Shown one piece after another: positions 23,668 through 33,787 of a stretch of 64,000 nt of DNA. Source of the stretch: an uncultured Muribaculaceae bacterium. GTDB taxonomy: Bacteria; Bacteroidota; Bacteroidia; Bacteroidales; Muribaculaceae. Every line of letters starts with the position of its first letter. The stretch's first letter is position 1. The notes below the pieces were generated by a model. The model did no database searches and was not told the DNA's origin. It saw only the letters and a program-made list of their open reading frames with translations. The stretch covers positions 6,023-70,022 of the forward strand of contig CAJTXL010000009.1 in the NCBI GenBank assembly GCA_910583525.1. The letters are read 5' to 3'. The translations under genes and the position numbers were made by a program.

Positions 23668-26472
23668 TTAGCGTCCCATGCGCCGGCCTCCCCGGCCTCC
23701 CGGCGGCGGACCCATGGGTCCGCCCCATGCGTTTCGGTCGGCGGGTTCGTTGCCTTTTCCGAAGGTGTTGAATCGGTAGCTGAACGAGAGCATCACATAG
23801 CGTGTGAGCGAGTTGTAGCGGCTGTCGTCGATATAGTTTGCGGTTATGCTGCGGCGGATGTTCGAGCGTTGGCCGAGCAGGTCGTATGCCTTGAGCGAGA
23901 CGGCTGCGGCGCGGTTCTTGAGGAATTCGTATGATACGGTTGCGTTCCACATCCACGTCTTTGTGTCGTAGCCCTGGGAGTATCCCGAGGTTGCCGAGTA
24001 GTTTATGTCGGAACTGAGAACGATGCCGATAGGGGTGTTGTATGTGGCGTAGAAAGAGCCGCCGTATGTGTGCACGGTGCGGTCGGCGCCTTTTTGGACG
24101 CTGTTCGAGACAGTCTGCAGGCCGTAACGGGGCCGCAGCTCGAACTCGAGGTTGTCGGGGCGCCATGCCATGCCGAAGCTTTCGTTTACCATGAACGAGC
24201 CGGAGCGGTTGCGCATGCCGTTGTTGAAGCCTATGCTGTTGGAGTAGTTGAGGAATATGTGGTTGTTGAATGTGATTGTGCGGTTTGCCGGCAGGGGGAA
24301 TGAGACCATGTTCATTCCTCGCACGCTCCAGACACCGTTGACGTTTTCGTATGTGGTTGTCTGTCCGCCTGTTTCGTTGTCGAATGTGGTTTTCGAGACG
24401 ATTGAGTTCTGCTGGTACTGTGCGTCGAGCATGGCCATGATGGCGCGCTGTGCGTCGGGGTTGAAATCCTGAAAGCGCAGGTTGACGCTGTGGCTGAATG
24501 TGGGATTCAGGTTTGGGTTGCCGACAACTATGCGCAGAGGGTCGGAACGGTCGGGCACGGGCTGCAACTGGGTCATCGAGGGTTGTGAGGAGCGTCCCCA
24601 ATAGTTGAGGTTGAGGCTCCGTGTCTTTGTCAGGCGCAGGCGGTAGCGCAGATACGGTGCGAAATTGAGCACGTTGCGGCGCGGAATGTCTTTGTCGGAG
24701 TCTATGAGGTTTCGCGAGCGTGATGTCTGTGGCACGAGCGACAGGCCTACGTTTAGGGTTCCTTTTTTGCTGATATGACGGTAACCTACACGTACGTCCT
24801 GGTTCATGTAGTCGTTTCGGAAGCGGTTCGACAGCTCGGGATTGAACACGGCTTCGTCGCCAATGACGGGGTCGCCGTCCCATCCGTCAGGAAAGCTTAC
24901 GGGGTAGTCGTAGGTGAGCTTGTCGGCGTTGTTCCATCGGTAGGAGAAGCGGTAGGACACTTCAAGGAAGTTTCCTTTGGCTGCGTTGCCCAAGGGTTCG
25001 GTCCAGCTGACGCGTGCGCTGACGTTGTTGCTCCATGTGTGGTTGTCGGCGTATTGGTCGTATAGGTCTATTGAGTCGTTGAAGAGGAAGAAGCGGTTGC
25101 GTGAGTATGTGTCGGAGTTTTCGCGGACGTTGCTCATGGAGTAGTTGAGCATGACGGAGAATGAACGTCCGCGTTTGCGGCGGAAATTGTGGTTGTAGAT
25201 GAGGCGGCCGCCGAATTCGAATGAGTGTCCGTCGGATGTTCCGCGGTTTATGCTTCGGCTCACTTCGGTGCGCGCGGCGTCGCCGGCGAAAGTCGACGAA
25301 GAGTCGTTCGAAGCCGAATTGTTGTAGTTGAGCGATATGTTAGGCCTGAATTCGAGGGTGTTGAAGCTGTCGGGCTTCCACACCAGGCGGAAGTCGGCGC
25401 GAATGTTGTGCCCTTTGTCGCGGCTGTATTTGCGGCTCGAAGTGGTTGAGCTTGAGTCGGCGAAAAGATACTGGCGGTCGGATGTCGTGCGTGTGTCGCG
25501 GTCGGTGTGGCTGTACATCAGGTTGCCGCCCACGCGCAGTATTTCTTCTTTTCCGACGTTGAAGTTTATGCCGAACGACTGCGCCGACGTTATGCCGTTG
25601 TCTCCTCCGAATCGCCTGAAGCGTCCGGCGGCTCCGTCGGCAAAACCGGGTTCGTTGATGTTGTTGGCGCCACCGAGGAATGTAATCTGGTTGCCGTTCC
25701 AGAAGCGGTTTACGGTGAAAGTGCCGCGGTACCGGTTGTCGGTGCCGTAGCCGGCTTCGACGTTTCCGAACCATCCGTTTTTGCGGTCTTTCTTTACGGT
25801 GAGGTTTATTACGGTTTCGTCTTCGCCGTCATCGACGCCAGTAAGGCGGGCCAGGTCGCTTTTGCGGTCGACCACCTGCAGTTTCTCGACCATGTCGACG
25901 GGCAGGTTGCGCGAAGCCACGGTGGGGTCGTCGGAGAAGAATTCTTTTCCGTCGACGAGTATTTTCTTGACTTCTTTTCCGTTGGCGGTGATTTTGCCGT
26001 CGGTGCCCACTTCTACGCCGGGCAGACGCTTGAGCAGGTCTTCGACCACGGCGTTGGGTTGTGTCTTGTAGGACTCGGCGCTGAACTCGACGGTGTCTTC
26101 CATCACTTTTATGGGTGTGCGTATGCCCCGGACAACGGCCTCGTTGAGCATGATTGCGCTTTCTTGCAGCACGAAGGGCTTGAGGCGTATGTCGGCGTCG
26201 GCCACGCGGACATCGCGTATCTGTGGCGTGTATCCGACATATGAAACTTCAACGAGGTATCGTCCCGGTTTGACACTTTCTATGGCAAATCGGCCGGAGT
26301 CGTTGGTGACGGCTCCTTTTACAAGGCTTGAGTCGGTTGCCGCCAGCAATCTTACCGAGGCTTGCATGAGGGCCTCGTCGGATGCGTCTTTTACCATACC
26401 ACGAAGCGTGACGGCCTTCGCGGTCGCCACGTTCATGAATGCAAAAACCATCAAAACAATAAGTTTTTTCAT
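23668..26472 (-). CDS. Large outer-membrane beta-barrel protein with N-terminal carboxypeptidase-regulatory-like domain (TonB-dependent-receptor-like)
   Basis: MKKLIVLMVFAFMNVATAKA signal (ATG 26472). LRGMVKDASDEALMQASVRLL...GRYLVEVSYVGY is a CarbopepD_reg-like fold, followed by a plug-like VVRGIRTPIKV.EDTVEF and a long barrel. The Gly/Arg-rich tail GGPMGPPPGGRGGRRMGR is typical of this family. Confidence 0.75.
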   Translation of the reverse strand: MKKLIVLMVFAFMNVATAKAVTLRGMVKDASDEALMQASVRLLAATDSSLVKGAVTNDSGRFAIESVKPGRYLVEVSYVGYTPQIRDVRVADADIRLKPFVLQESAIMLNEAVVRGIRTPIKVMEDTVEFSAESYKTQPNAVVEDLLKRLPGVEVGTDGKITANGKEVKKILVDGKEFFSDDPTVASRNLPVDMVEKLQVVDRKSDLARLTGVDDGEDETVINLTVKKDRKNGWFGNVEAGYGTDNRYRGTFTVNRFWNGNQITFLGGANNINEPGFADGAAGRFRRFGGDNGITSAQSFGINFNVGKEEILRVGGNLMYSHTDRDTRTTSDRQYLFADSSSTTSSRKYSRDKGHNIRADFRLVWKPDSFNTLEFRPNISLNYNNSASNDSSSTFAGDAARTEVSRSINRGTSDGHSFEFGGRLIYNHNFRRKRGRSFSVMLNYSMSNVRENSDTYSRNRFFLFNDSIDLYDQYADNHTWSNNVSARVSWTEPLGNAAKGNFLEVSYRFSYRWNNADKLTYDYPVSFPDGWDGDPVIGDEAVFNPELSNRFRNDYMNQDVRVGYRHISKKGTLNVGLSLVPQTSRSRNLIDSDKDIPRRNVLNFAPYLRYRLRLTKTRSLNLNYWGRSSQPSMTQLQPVPDRSDPLRIVVGNPNLNPTFSHSVNLRFQDFNPDAQRAIMAMLDAQYQQNSIVSKTTFDNETGGQTTTYENVNGVWSVRGMNMVSFPLPANRTITFNNHIFLNYSNSIGFNNGMRNRSGSFMVNESFGMAWRPDNLEFELRPRYGLQTVSNSVQKGADRTVHTYGGSFYATYNTPIGIVLSSDINYSATSGYSQGYDTKTWMWNATVSYEFLKNRAAAVSLKAYDLLGQRSNIRRSITANYIDDSRYNSLTRYVMLSFSYRFNTFGKGNEPADRNAWGGPMGPPPGGRGGRRMGR

Positions 26473-26616
26473 TTCTCTCATTTCCATGTCACAAAGTTAC
26501 TCTAAAAACGGGTGTCTTGCAAGCGCTTCTCTACTTTAGGCTTCCGATTATAGAAAAACGCCCCGATTTTGTCGACAAACAGAAAAAAAGGATTATTTTT
26601 GCAAAAAAATGCGTCA

Positions 26617-27390
26617 ATGTCGACATTTTTATCCGCAACAATAATAACAGCCAACGAGGCACACAACATAGAGCGTTGCCTCAATTCGCTCATAGGTGTG
26701 GCCGACGAAATCGTCGTGGTCGATTCGATGTCGACCGACGGCACCGTCGACATATGCCGCCGCTACGGGTGCAAGGTCACCGAACGGGTGTTCGCAGGCT
26801 ACGGCTCGCAGAGGCAGTATGCCGTCGGTCTTGCAAATGGCCGGTATGTTCTGTCGATAGATGCCGATGAGATGCTTTCGGAGCCGTTGCGAGAAAACAT
26901 CATAAGGCTCAAAAACGAGGGGTTCACGCACCGTATGTACTCTTTCAGAGTGGTGAATTATATTTGCGGCCGGCCTATGCGACGCAGCGGCATGCAGCCC
27001 GATTTGCAGACACGGCTGTTCGACCGCCGATATGCCAACTGGGATTTGCTTGACGTGGGCGAGCGGCTGTCGTATCCGCGCGGTGTGCGGCCGGCTTTTG
27101 TTCCGGGCGACATAATGCACTACCGTTGCAACGATTTCGACGAGCTTGATTTCAAGGAACTGCGTAATGCCGAGATGCGTGGGCGTGTTCTTGCCGCCGC
27201 CGGCATCGATGCGCCTGCCCCGATGTCATGGCTGAGGGCCGCGTCGGCGTATCTCCGTTGCCAACTCCGCGACGGCGCCATACTCGACGGTGCTGCCGGC
27301 ATGCGTATAGCACGTGCGCGATTTATCGCCACTCTTGCGGCATATCGTGCCGCAAGGCGTATAGTTCACGAAGGAGGTGGAAGCCGATGA
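26617..27390 (+). CDS. Family 2 glycosyltransferase (LPS core type)
   Basis: MSTFLSATIITANEAHNIERCLNSL...DEIVVVDSMSTDGTVDI...SIDADE; GT2 DxD pattern. ATG 26617 lies within ORF 26569..27390. Confidence 0.8.
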   Translation: MSTFLSATIITANEAHNIERCLNSLIGVADEIVVVDSMSTDGTVDICRRYGCKVTERVFAGYGSQRQYAVGLANGRYVLSIDADEMLSEPLRENIIRLKNEGFTHRMYSFRVVNYICGRPMRRSGMQPDLQTRLFDRRYANWDLLDVGERLSYPRGVRPAFVPGDIMHYRCNDFDELDFKELRNAEMRGRVLAAAGIDAPAPMSWLRAASAYLRCQLRDGAILDGAAGMRIARARFIATLAAYRAARRIVHEGGGSR

Positions 27391-28463
27391 ACGTTGTGCA
27401 TCTGGTGTCGAACCGTGTGTGGGGCGGCGGTGAGCAGTACGTGCTTGGCCTTTGCCGTGCCTTCGATGCCGATGGCCACAGCGTGGCCGTGGTGACCCGT
27501 GGCTACAAGGATGTCGACCGTCATTTTGTGTCTGCCGGTTTCATGCCGGGCAAGCTGACGCTGAAAGGGCGGCTCGATTTTATAAGTCCCATAGTCTTTG
27601 CCCGTGTGCTCAACCGCATGGAAGCCCCGGTGGTAGTGCATGTGCATAATTTCAAAGATGCTGATACTGCCGTGAGGGCACGTCGTCTTATGGCCGACCC
27701 GACAAAGGTGCGCATAGTGATGACGCGCCATCTCGCCAAGGCCGCCAAAACCGGCCGTTATGCCCAAGAACTCTATGGGGCACTCGACGCCCTGATATTT
27801 GTTTCAGAGACTGCGAAAAAAGAATTCATGTCTTCGTCGCCGGTTATAGACCCGTCGAAAGTGCATGTGATATATAATGCCATAGTGCCCTCGCCGGAGA
27901 CCTCAGCCGGGGAATGCCGCCGCGAGGCCGGAAAGGTCGTGCTGCTATATGCCGGCCGCATATCGCCCGAAAAGGGTCTTGAAGTGCTTGTCCGCGCAAT
28001 GGCTTTGTTGCCGGAAAGCATATGTCTGTTTGTTGCCGGGCAGGGCCGGAGCCGCGATGTGGTTCCGCTTATGGAATTGGCGCGTGCGCTCGGTGTCGAC
28101 GGCCGTATCGAATGGCTCGGCCATGTCGACGGCATCGCGGCGTTGATGTCGACGGCAGACATAGGGGTCGTGCCGACGACGGCAAAAGAGGCTTTCGGGC
28201 TGACCGTGCTTGAGTTCATGTCGCAGGGCGTGCCTGTGGTGGCTACATGCAACGGCGGTCCGGCAGAGATAATAAGCGACGGTGTCGACGGTATGCTCGT
28301 TCCGCCCTCCGACCCCGAAGCTCTCGCCAAAGCCATTGCGGGTCTTGCCGCAGAGCCGGAATTGAGAAAAAGCATGGGGGCTAAAGCGGCAGAGACTGCC
28401 GATGTCCGTTTTTCGTACGATAATTTCTACCGGCAGATAATAGATGTCTATACACGTCAATGA
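27387..28463 (+). CDS. Family 4 (GT-B) glycosyltransferase
   Basis: MNVVHLVSNRVWGGGEQYVLGL...; C-terminal EAFGLTVLEFMSQGVPVVAT..GGPAEII (E-x7-E motif). The ATG overlaps the upstream stop (ATGA). Confidence 0.8.
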   Translation: MNVVHLVSNRVWGGGEQYVLGLCRAFDADGHSVAVVTRGYKDVDRHFVSAGFMPGKLTLKGRLDFISPIVFARVLNRMEAPVVVHVHNFKDADTAVRARRLMADPTKVRIVMTRHLAKAAKTGRYAQELYGALDALIFVSETAKKEFMSSSPVIDPSKVHVIYNAIVPSPETSAGECRREAGKVVLLYAGRISPEKGLEVLVRAMALLPESICLFVAGQGRSRDVVPLMELARALGVDGRIEWLGHVDGIAALMSTADIGVVPTTAKEAFGLTVLEFMSQGVPVVATCNGGPAEIISDGVDGMLVPPSDPEALAKAIAGLAAEPELRKSMGAKAAETADVRFSYDNFYRQIIDVYTRQ

Positions 28464-29215
28464 AAGCTGACATAAAACTTAACCCTGATTTGGTGGCGCT
28501 TGCACCCGAACTTGCCGATAGGTTGGCTTCAGACGGCCTGCCGACGGATACCCGTGAAATTTTCAGGGGACGCAACGTGGTGGCTACGACTGCCGACAGG
28601 GCGCTGTGCATAAAATCGTTCCGTAAGCCCGGTGCGTTCAAGTCGGTAATGTACGGTTATCTTCGCAAGCCCAAGGCTCTGCGAGCCTTTGAAAACGCAA
28701 TGCGCCTCACCGCGATGGGCGTGGCTACGCCCGAACCGTTCGGCGCCGTCGTTTGTTCTGAAAACGGCATGCTCGGCTGTTCGTACTACATATGCCGTTA
28801 TATGCCCGGCTGGAACGAACTGCGGAGCGTGCAGAACCGTTCCGATTTTCCGGCCATCGCACGCGAATTGGCCGAATTTACCCTCGGTCTTCACCGCAAG
28901 GGCGTGTTCATGAAAGATTTTTCTATGGGCAATGTGCTTTTCAGACAGACGGATGACGGCGGCTATGAGTTCACCTTGGTCGACATCAACCGCATGGCCT
29001 TCGATGTGCATGACCGTGGCACGCTTATGCTTAATTTCAGAGGCATACTCGAAACCGCCGAAGCTACCGCTACATTCGCACGCGAATATGCAATTGCCGC
29101 CGGAGAACCGGATGTGGATGCTTTCGTGGTTGAGGCGGCAGAGATATTCCGCCGACATCAGGTAAAAGTCGAGCGCAAGAAAAAAATCAAGAAATTCTTA
29201 AAAAGGAAGAAATGA
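28460..29215 (+). CDS. Lipopolysaccharide (Kdo/WaaP/InaA-family) kinase
   Basis: ...IFRGRNVVATTADRALCIKSFRKPGAFKSVMYGYLRKPKALRAFENAMRL...GVFMKDFSMGNVLF...LVDINRM; Kdo-kinase-like layout. ATGA overlap. Confidence 0.7.
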   Translation: MKADIKLNPDLVALAPELADRLASDGLPTDTREIFRGRNVVATTADRALCIKSFRKPGAFKSVMYGYLRKPKALRAFENAMRLTAMGVATPEPFGAVVCSENGMLGCSYYICRYMPGWNELRSVQNRSDFPAIARELAEFTLGLHRKGVFMKDFSMGNVLFRQTDDGGYEFTLVDINRMAFDVHDRGTLMLNFRGILETAEATATFAREYAIAAGEPDVDAFVVEAAEIFRRHQVKVERKKKIKKFLKRKK

Positions 29216-30024
29216 CAGACAGGCCCAAAATATCGGCAGTGGTGCACACCTATAATTCGGAAAAGCATCTCGACAAAGTGCTGTCGGCGTTGAACCGGCT
29301 CGACGAAATTTTGGTGCTTGATATGGAGAGCACCGACCGCACTGTCGAAATAGCGCAAGCTCACGGGGCGCGTGTGATTGTCAAGGAGCGTGGCGAACAT
29401 CGGATACCTGAAGCCTACAGGGATTTCGCCGACCATGCCGCTGCCAATGACTGGATACTTGTTGTAGACTCGGATGAGATTGTGCCCCCCGGTCTGCTTG
29501 ATTATCTGTTTGCCGAACTCGAACGTGACTATGAAAGTCCGAGAGGTTATATGGTGGCGCGTAAAAATTATTTCATGGGCAAGTGGATGCGTTCGTCTTA
29601 CCCTGACTATACGCCGCGGATGTTCAAGAAGGACGGTTCCTATTGGCCCTATGCGGTGCATACGTTCCCGACCTACGAAGGGCCGACGGTGTATGTGCCC
29701 AAGGAGCGGACAGAACTTGCCTTAATCCATCTTGCAAATGAAGATACCGGTACGCTTGTCCGCAAGATGGACACCTACAGCAACTACGAGCTTGAGCGAC
29801 GCGGCCGTTCGTATTCACCGTGGAAGTTTATCTACGAGCCGCCGTTCCGTTTCTTCAAATCGTATGTGCTCAAGGGTGGTTTCCGCGACGGTATGCCGGG
29901 CTTCATCCATTCGGTGCAGGACGCGTTCTACCGCTTTACCCTGCTTTCGAAACTTGAAGAACATCGGCAGGCCGGAGAGGCTGCAGAAAAGGATATAGAC
30001 CGCGATGCCTCGGTCGTAAAATAA
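29212..30024 (+). CDS. Family 2 glycosyltransferase
   Basis: MTDRPKISAVVHTYNSEKHLDKVLSALNRLDEILVLDMESTDRTVEIA...VVDSDE. ATGA overlap with the kinase gene. Confidence 0.8.
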   Translation: MTDRPKISAVVHTYNSEKHLDKVLSALNRLDEILVLDMESTDRTVEIAQAHGARVIVKERGEHRIPEAYRDFADHAAANDWILVVDSDEIVPPGLLDYLFAELERDYESPRGYMVARKNYFMGKWMRSSYPDYTPRMFKKDGSYWPYAVHTFPTYEGPTVYVPKERTELALIHLANEDTGTLVRKMDTYSNYELERRGRSYSPWKFIYEPPFRFFKSYVLKGGFRDGMPGFIHSVQDAFYRFTLLSKLEEHRQAGEAAEKDIDRDASVVK

Positions 30025-30036
30025 TGATTTACAGTT

Positions 30037-31704
30037 ATGCCTAAGATAATTGTCTATTGCAAGAATATAGAAGCTTCGCTCGAAGTTCCGGGTGGGTCAA
30101 CCCTTGCCGAGATTGCCCGTTCGCTTGAAGGGCGGCTCGGCTTTGAGCCGATATGCTGTAGGGTGAACAACAAGACCGAGAACCTCGGCTATGCTGTCTA
30201 CGGTCCGAAGCAGCTTGAGTTTCAAGACCGTAGCACCGGCTCGGGTCCTCGTGTCTATACGCGTTCGCTGTGCATGATGCTTTATGCGTCGGTTGAGGCT
30301 GTTGTGCCCGGCACGAAGCTTACGATAGAGCATTCGATTTCGCACGGCTACTATTGCCGTCTCGGCGGCTTCGACGATGTGCCCGCCGAGCTTGTAGCGG
30401 CTCTCAAGCACCATATGCTCGCGTTGGCCGGCGCCGATTTCCCCTTTGAGAGGCATCAGAAGCTTACGACCGAGGTTATGGAGATGTTCGAGCGTCAGGG
30501 CCTGCACTCCAAAGCGGAGCTGTTGCGCACCACCCGTCAGCTCTATACCACATATTATACTCTCGGCGATGTCAGCGACAGCTATTACGGGGCCTTGGCT
30601 CCATCGACAGGTTTGGTCGATGTGTTTGACCTTATCAAATATAAGGAAGGTTTTCTGTTGCTGCCGTTCGACCCTGACGAGCCGGAGCGTGCCGCGACCC
30701 CGATAAGACAGGAGAAAATGTACCGCGCTTTCACGGAGTATCTTCTGTTCAACCGTATTGTCGGGGTGCGCGACGTTGGCGAACTGAACACTTATATCAT
30801 GCAGCACGATGCGGCCGACATAGTAAATGTCGCCGAGGCTCTTCACGAGAAGGCGTTGGCGCGTATCAGTGACGACATCACTGAGCGCTACCGTTGCGGC
30901 GGAGCGCGTATAGTCCTTATTTCGGGGCCTTCGTCGTCGGGCAAGACCACGACGACGAAACGGTTGGCCATACAGCTGATGACAAATCTGCTGAGGCCGC
31001 AGATGATTTCGCTCGACGACTATTTTGTGAACCGAGAATGCACTCCGCGCGACGCTACGGGCGACTATGACTATGAATCGCTCTATGCACTCGACCTCGA
31101 AAAGTTCAACGCCGACCTCAGCGCGATACTTGCCGGCGAAACGGTTGAGCTGCCTACCTATAATTTTGAACTTGGCTGCCGCCAGTACCGTGGGAACAAA
31201 ATCAAACTTGAGCCTGGCTCAATACTTCTTATCGAGGGCATACACGGGCTTAACCCCGAGCTTACGGCGCAGATACCCGAGCAGTTCAAGTTCAGGCTGT
31301 ATGTGTCGGCGCTGACAACGCTGTCGATAGATGACCATAACTGGGTGCCGACGACAGACAACCGTCTTCTGAGGCGCATAATCCGCGACCACAAGTACCG
31401 CGGCACCTCGGCCGAGGAAACCATCAGGCGTTGGCCGAGTGTGAGGCGCGGCGAGGAGAAATGGATATTTCCATATCAGGAGAATGCCGACGCGATGTTC
31501 AACTCATCGTTCGTGTTCGAGCTTGCGGTGATGAAGGATTATGCCGAAAGCATTCTCAGCGGCGTGCCGTCGGATGTGCCCGAATATGCCGAGGCTTACC
31601 GGTTGCGTAAATTCCTGAGTTATTTCAGGCCGATAAGCGCGTCGTTGCTGCCTTCGACATCGTTGCTGCGAGAGTTCCTTGGGGGCAGTTCGTTCAGATA
31701 CTGA
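30037..31704 (+). CDS. Nucleoside/uridine-kinase family protein with N-terminal TGS-like domain
   Basis: 555 aa; P-loop ISGPSSSGKTTTTKRLAIQL, then ...EGIHGLNPEL...; a domain order known for Bacteroidales 'nucleoside kinase' genes. Confidence 0.75.
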   Translation: MPKIIVYCKNIEASLEVPGGSTLAEIARSLEGRLGFEPICCRVNNKTENLGYAVYGPKQLEFQDRSTGSGPRVYTRSLCMMLYASVEAVVPGTKLTIEHSISHGYYCRLGGFDDVPAELVAALKHHMLALAGADFPFERHQKLTTEVMEMFERQGLHSKAELLRTTRQLYTTYYTLGDVSDSYYGALAPSTGLVDVFDLIKYKEGFLLLPFDPDEPERAATPIRQEKMYRAFTEYLLFNRIVGVRDVGELNTYIMQHDAADIVNVAEALHEKALARISDDITERYRCGGARIVLISGPSSSGKTTTTKRLAIQLMTNLLRPQMISLDDYFVNRECTPRDATGDYDYESLYALDLEKFNADLSAILAGETVELPTYNFELGCRQYRGNKIKLEPGSILLIEGIHGLNPELTAQIPEQFKFRLYVSALTTLSIDDHNWVPTTDNRLLRRIIRDHKYRGTSAEETIRRWPSVRRGEEKWIFPYQENADAMFNSSFVFELAVMKDYAESILSGVPSDVPEYAEAYRLRKFLSYFRPISASLLPSTSLLREFLGGSSFRY

Positions 31705-31715
31705 ACGATATGCAC

Positions 31716-31756
31716 AAAAAACCGACGCACCGGCGAACCGGTGCGTCGGTTTTTTT
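31716..31756. terminator. Perfect bidirectional intrinsic terminator
   Basis: aaaaaa ccgacgcaccgg (31722-31733), loop cgaa, ccggtgcgtcgg (31738-31749) ttttttt, between convergent genes. Confidence 0.85.
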
Positions 31757-31770
31757 GTGCTGTTATCAGG

Positions 31771-33594
31771 TTATTTTACGACAACCTTGCGTGCCGAAGA
31801 GGCTGAGCGGAAGATGTATATGCCCGGAGCGAGTGCCGGAACATCTGAGGGAGCGACTCCTTTGGCGACGCAGATGCCGGTTATGCTGTAGATGTCTAGC
31901 GGAGTGTCGGCACTGCCTGCTATGGCGTCGATGCCCGAAGTGTTGTTGTCGAGGCTTATGTGGCTGAGCATCACCGATGCCGGTTTGGAAGTGTATGACG
32001 CTTTGAAGCGCAGCCGGAAGCCCGGCCATGCCTTGTATTCGGAGAGGTCGATTGTTTCGTGTTTCCAGTTGGTCTCGATGTCTTCGATGTCGTAGGTCGA
32101 TGCGTTGGTGCCTTCGCTGATTGATATTTTTTTCACGGGCACGAAATCGCCTTTTCCGTCGGAGGCTTCTACGGTCAAGGCCGCGTCGTTGTCTGATATG
32201 GCGTAGTAGTATAGTGACAGTTCGGGTTTGGATGCCGATTTGATGTCGATATACCACGAAGTCATGGTCGCTTCCTTGCCTTGGCTCGAGGCGCCGGTGA
32301 ACAGTGTGTATGCAATGTTTTCACCTTTGAAAATCGGTTGCACGGTGGGGTCGTAGTAGCCGTCGCCGGTTTTTGCCGGGCGTCCGATGGTCCATGTCGG
32401 TTTTGAGGCGCTGAAGCTCCATTTCTGCTGAGTGTCGTTTCCGTAGCCTGCGCCGACGAATTTGTCGCTGAAGGGCAGGGCTACGTCGGGGCCTATGCCG
32501 AAGGGTTTGTCGGCGTAGTTTGTGCTGTTGGCAAAACAAAGGTCGTTGCCTTCGCCGACTTCGGTGTATGGAACTACCTGGTAGTTGACGAGTTTTGCCT
32601 CTTCGAGGTCTTCGCCTTTGTCGGTGTAGCTTTGTGCTTCGATGTTTTCGGCAAGCAGCTTGCGGTTGTCTTCGCCGTATCCCCATGTGCGGTAAACGTT
32701 GTATGTTACGGCGTATGGACCCATCTGTCCGCCCGATATTCCGGCTGTGGGTGCAGTCCAGGAAAGTTCTACGTGGCGTTCTTTCTGTGCTCCGGTGATT
32801 TGTATTGCACCCGGTGTTTCATATCCGACATACATGCGGCGGCGTACTGAGATGGCATTTCCGTAGGGGCCTTCGGCCACTACATACCATGTGTTGTCTT
32901 TGTTGAGCGTGAATTTTTCGGTGGTGAATGTGTATTCCTGTCCTTGAACGGGGTCGGGGTATGTTTCGGTCGGCGTGTCGTTGGGCGTAGGAGGTGTCTC
33001 CTGACAATAAAGTTTGAATGCCGTGAAATAGTTTTCGGGCAGTTTTACGGCGTTTCCGCTTGTGTCGAGGTATTCGGTGGGTACCGTCGACTTGATTGTG
33101 ACCGTTTTCATGTCGGCGGATGCTTTGGCGTCGTCGATATAGAATTTGGAATAGTTGTAGCCGGGTTTGAGCGGAGTGCTTGACTCGGGCGATTTTTCGC
33201 CGTCGGGGCCTTCTATTTCAACGTATGCGGTATATGTGTATTCAAAGCCGTATTGCCATGCCGGAATGGCGTTGTCGGCTCGGTTTATTGTCTGGCCGGG
33301 CGATACGCCTTTTACAGAGAATACTTCGACGGAGTCGTTGGAGATTGCTTTGCATGAGCGCACCACTGTCATTGTGAGTGTCGTGCCGGCTTCGAACGGG
33401 TCTCCTTCGTAAAAGAAGTTGAAATAGCTTGTGGGCGCTTTTACCGAGCAGTTGACGACGCCGGTGCCGTCTTCAAGCCCCCAGGAGTATGTTGCCGTGG
33501 GAACTGCCGGTTTGAGGGCGTTTGCGGCTGCCGGAAACAGCATTGCCGCAGCAATTAGGTAATAGGAGAGTTTTTTTGGTAGAGCAGGCATCAT
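31771..33594 (-). CDS. Secreted multi-domain protein with T9SS C-terminal sorting domain
   Basis: ATG 33594 gives MMPALPKKLSYYLIAAAMLFPAAANA. It has Ig/FN3-like repetitive beta-rich sequence. C-terminus LDIYSITGICVAKG...APGIYIFRSASSARKVVVK. Confidence 0.7.
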   Translation of the reverse strand: MMPALPKKLSYYLIAAAMLFPAAANALKPAVPTATYSWGLEDGTGVVNCSVKAPTSYFNFFYEGDPFEAGTTLTMTVVRSCKAISNDSVEVFSVKGVSPGQTINRADNAIPAWQYGFEYTYTAYVEIEGPDGEKSPESSTPLKPGYNYSKFYIDDAKASADMKTVTIKSTVPTEYLDTSGNAVKLPENYFTAFKLYCQETPPTPNDTPTETYPDPVQGQEYTFTTEKFTLNKDNTWYVVAEGPYGNAISVRRRMYVGYETPGAIQITGAQKERHVELSWTAPTAGISGGQMGPYAVTYNVYRTWGYGEDNRKLLAENIEAQSYTDKGEDLEEAKLVNYQVVPYTEVGEGNDLCFANSTNYADKPFGIGPDVALPFSDKFVGAGYGNDTQQKWSFSASKPTWTIGRPAKTGDGYYDPTVQPIFKGENIAYTLFTGASSQGKEATMTSWYIDIKSASKPELSLYYYAISDNDAALTVEASDGKGDFVPVKKISISEGTNASTYDIEDIETNWKHETIDLSEYKAWPGFRLRFKASYTSKPASVMLSHISLDNNTSGIDAIAGSADTPLDIYSITGICVAKGVAPSDVPALAPGIYIFRSASSARKVVVK

Positions 33595-33787
33595 AAGCAG
33601 ATAGTCGTTAATGATTAGGTTTATACTCGCAAAGGTAATGTCAATTTGTTGAGTTTCCAAACATTTTGACATGTATTTTGCGCCTATGGCATCTTAAGAT
33701 GCCTGAAGAGGACAAAAAGTTCCCCGGCAGACGTCTGTCGATGCGTCTGCCGGGGAAATGATAGGTTTTGTATTTCGTTGCCGTTTC

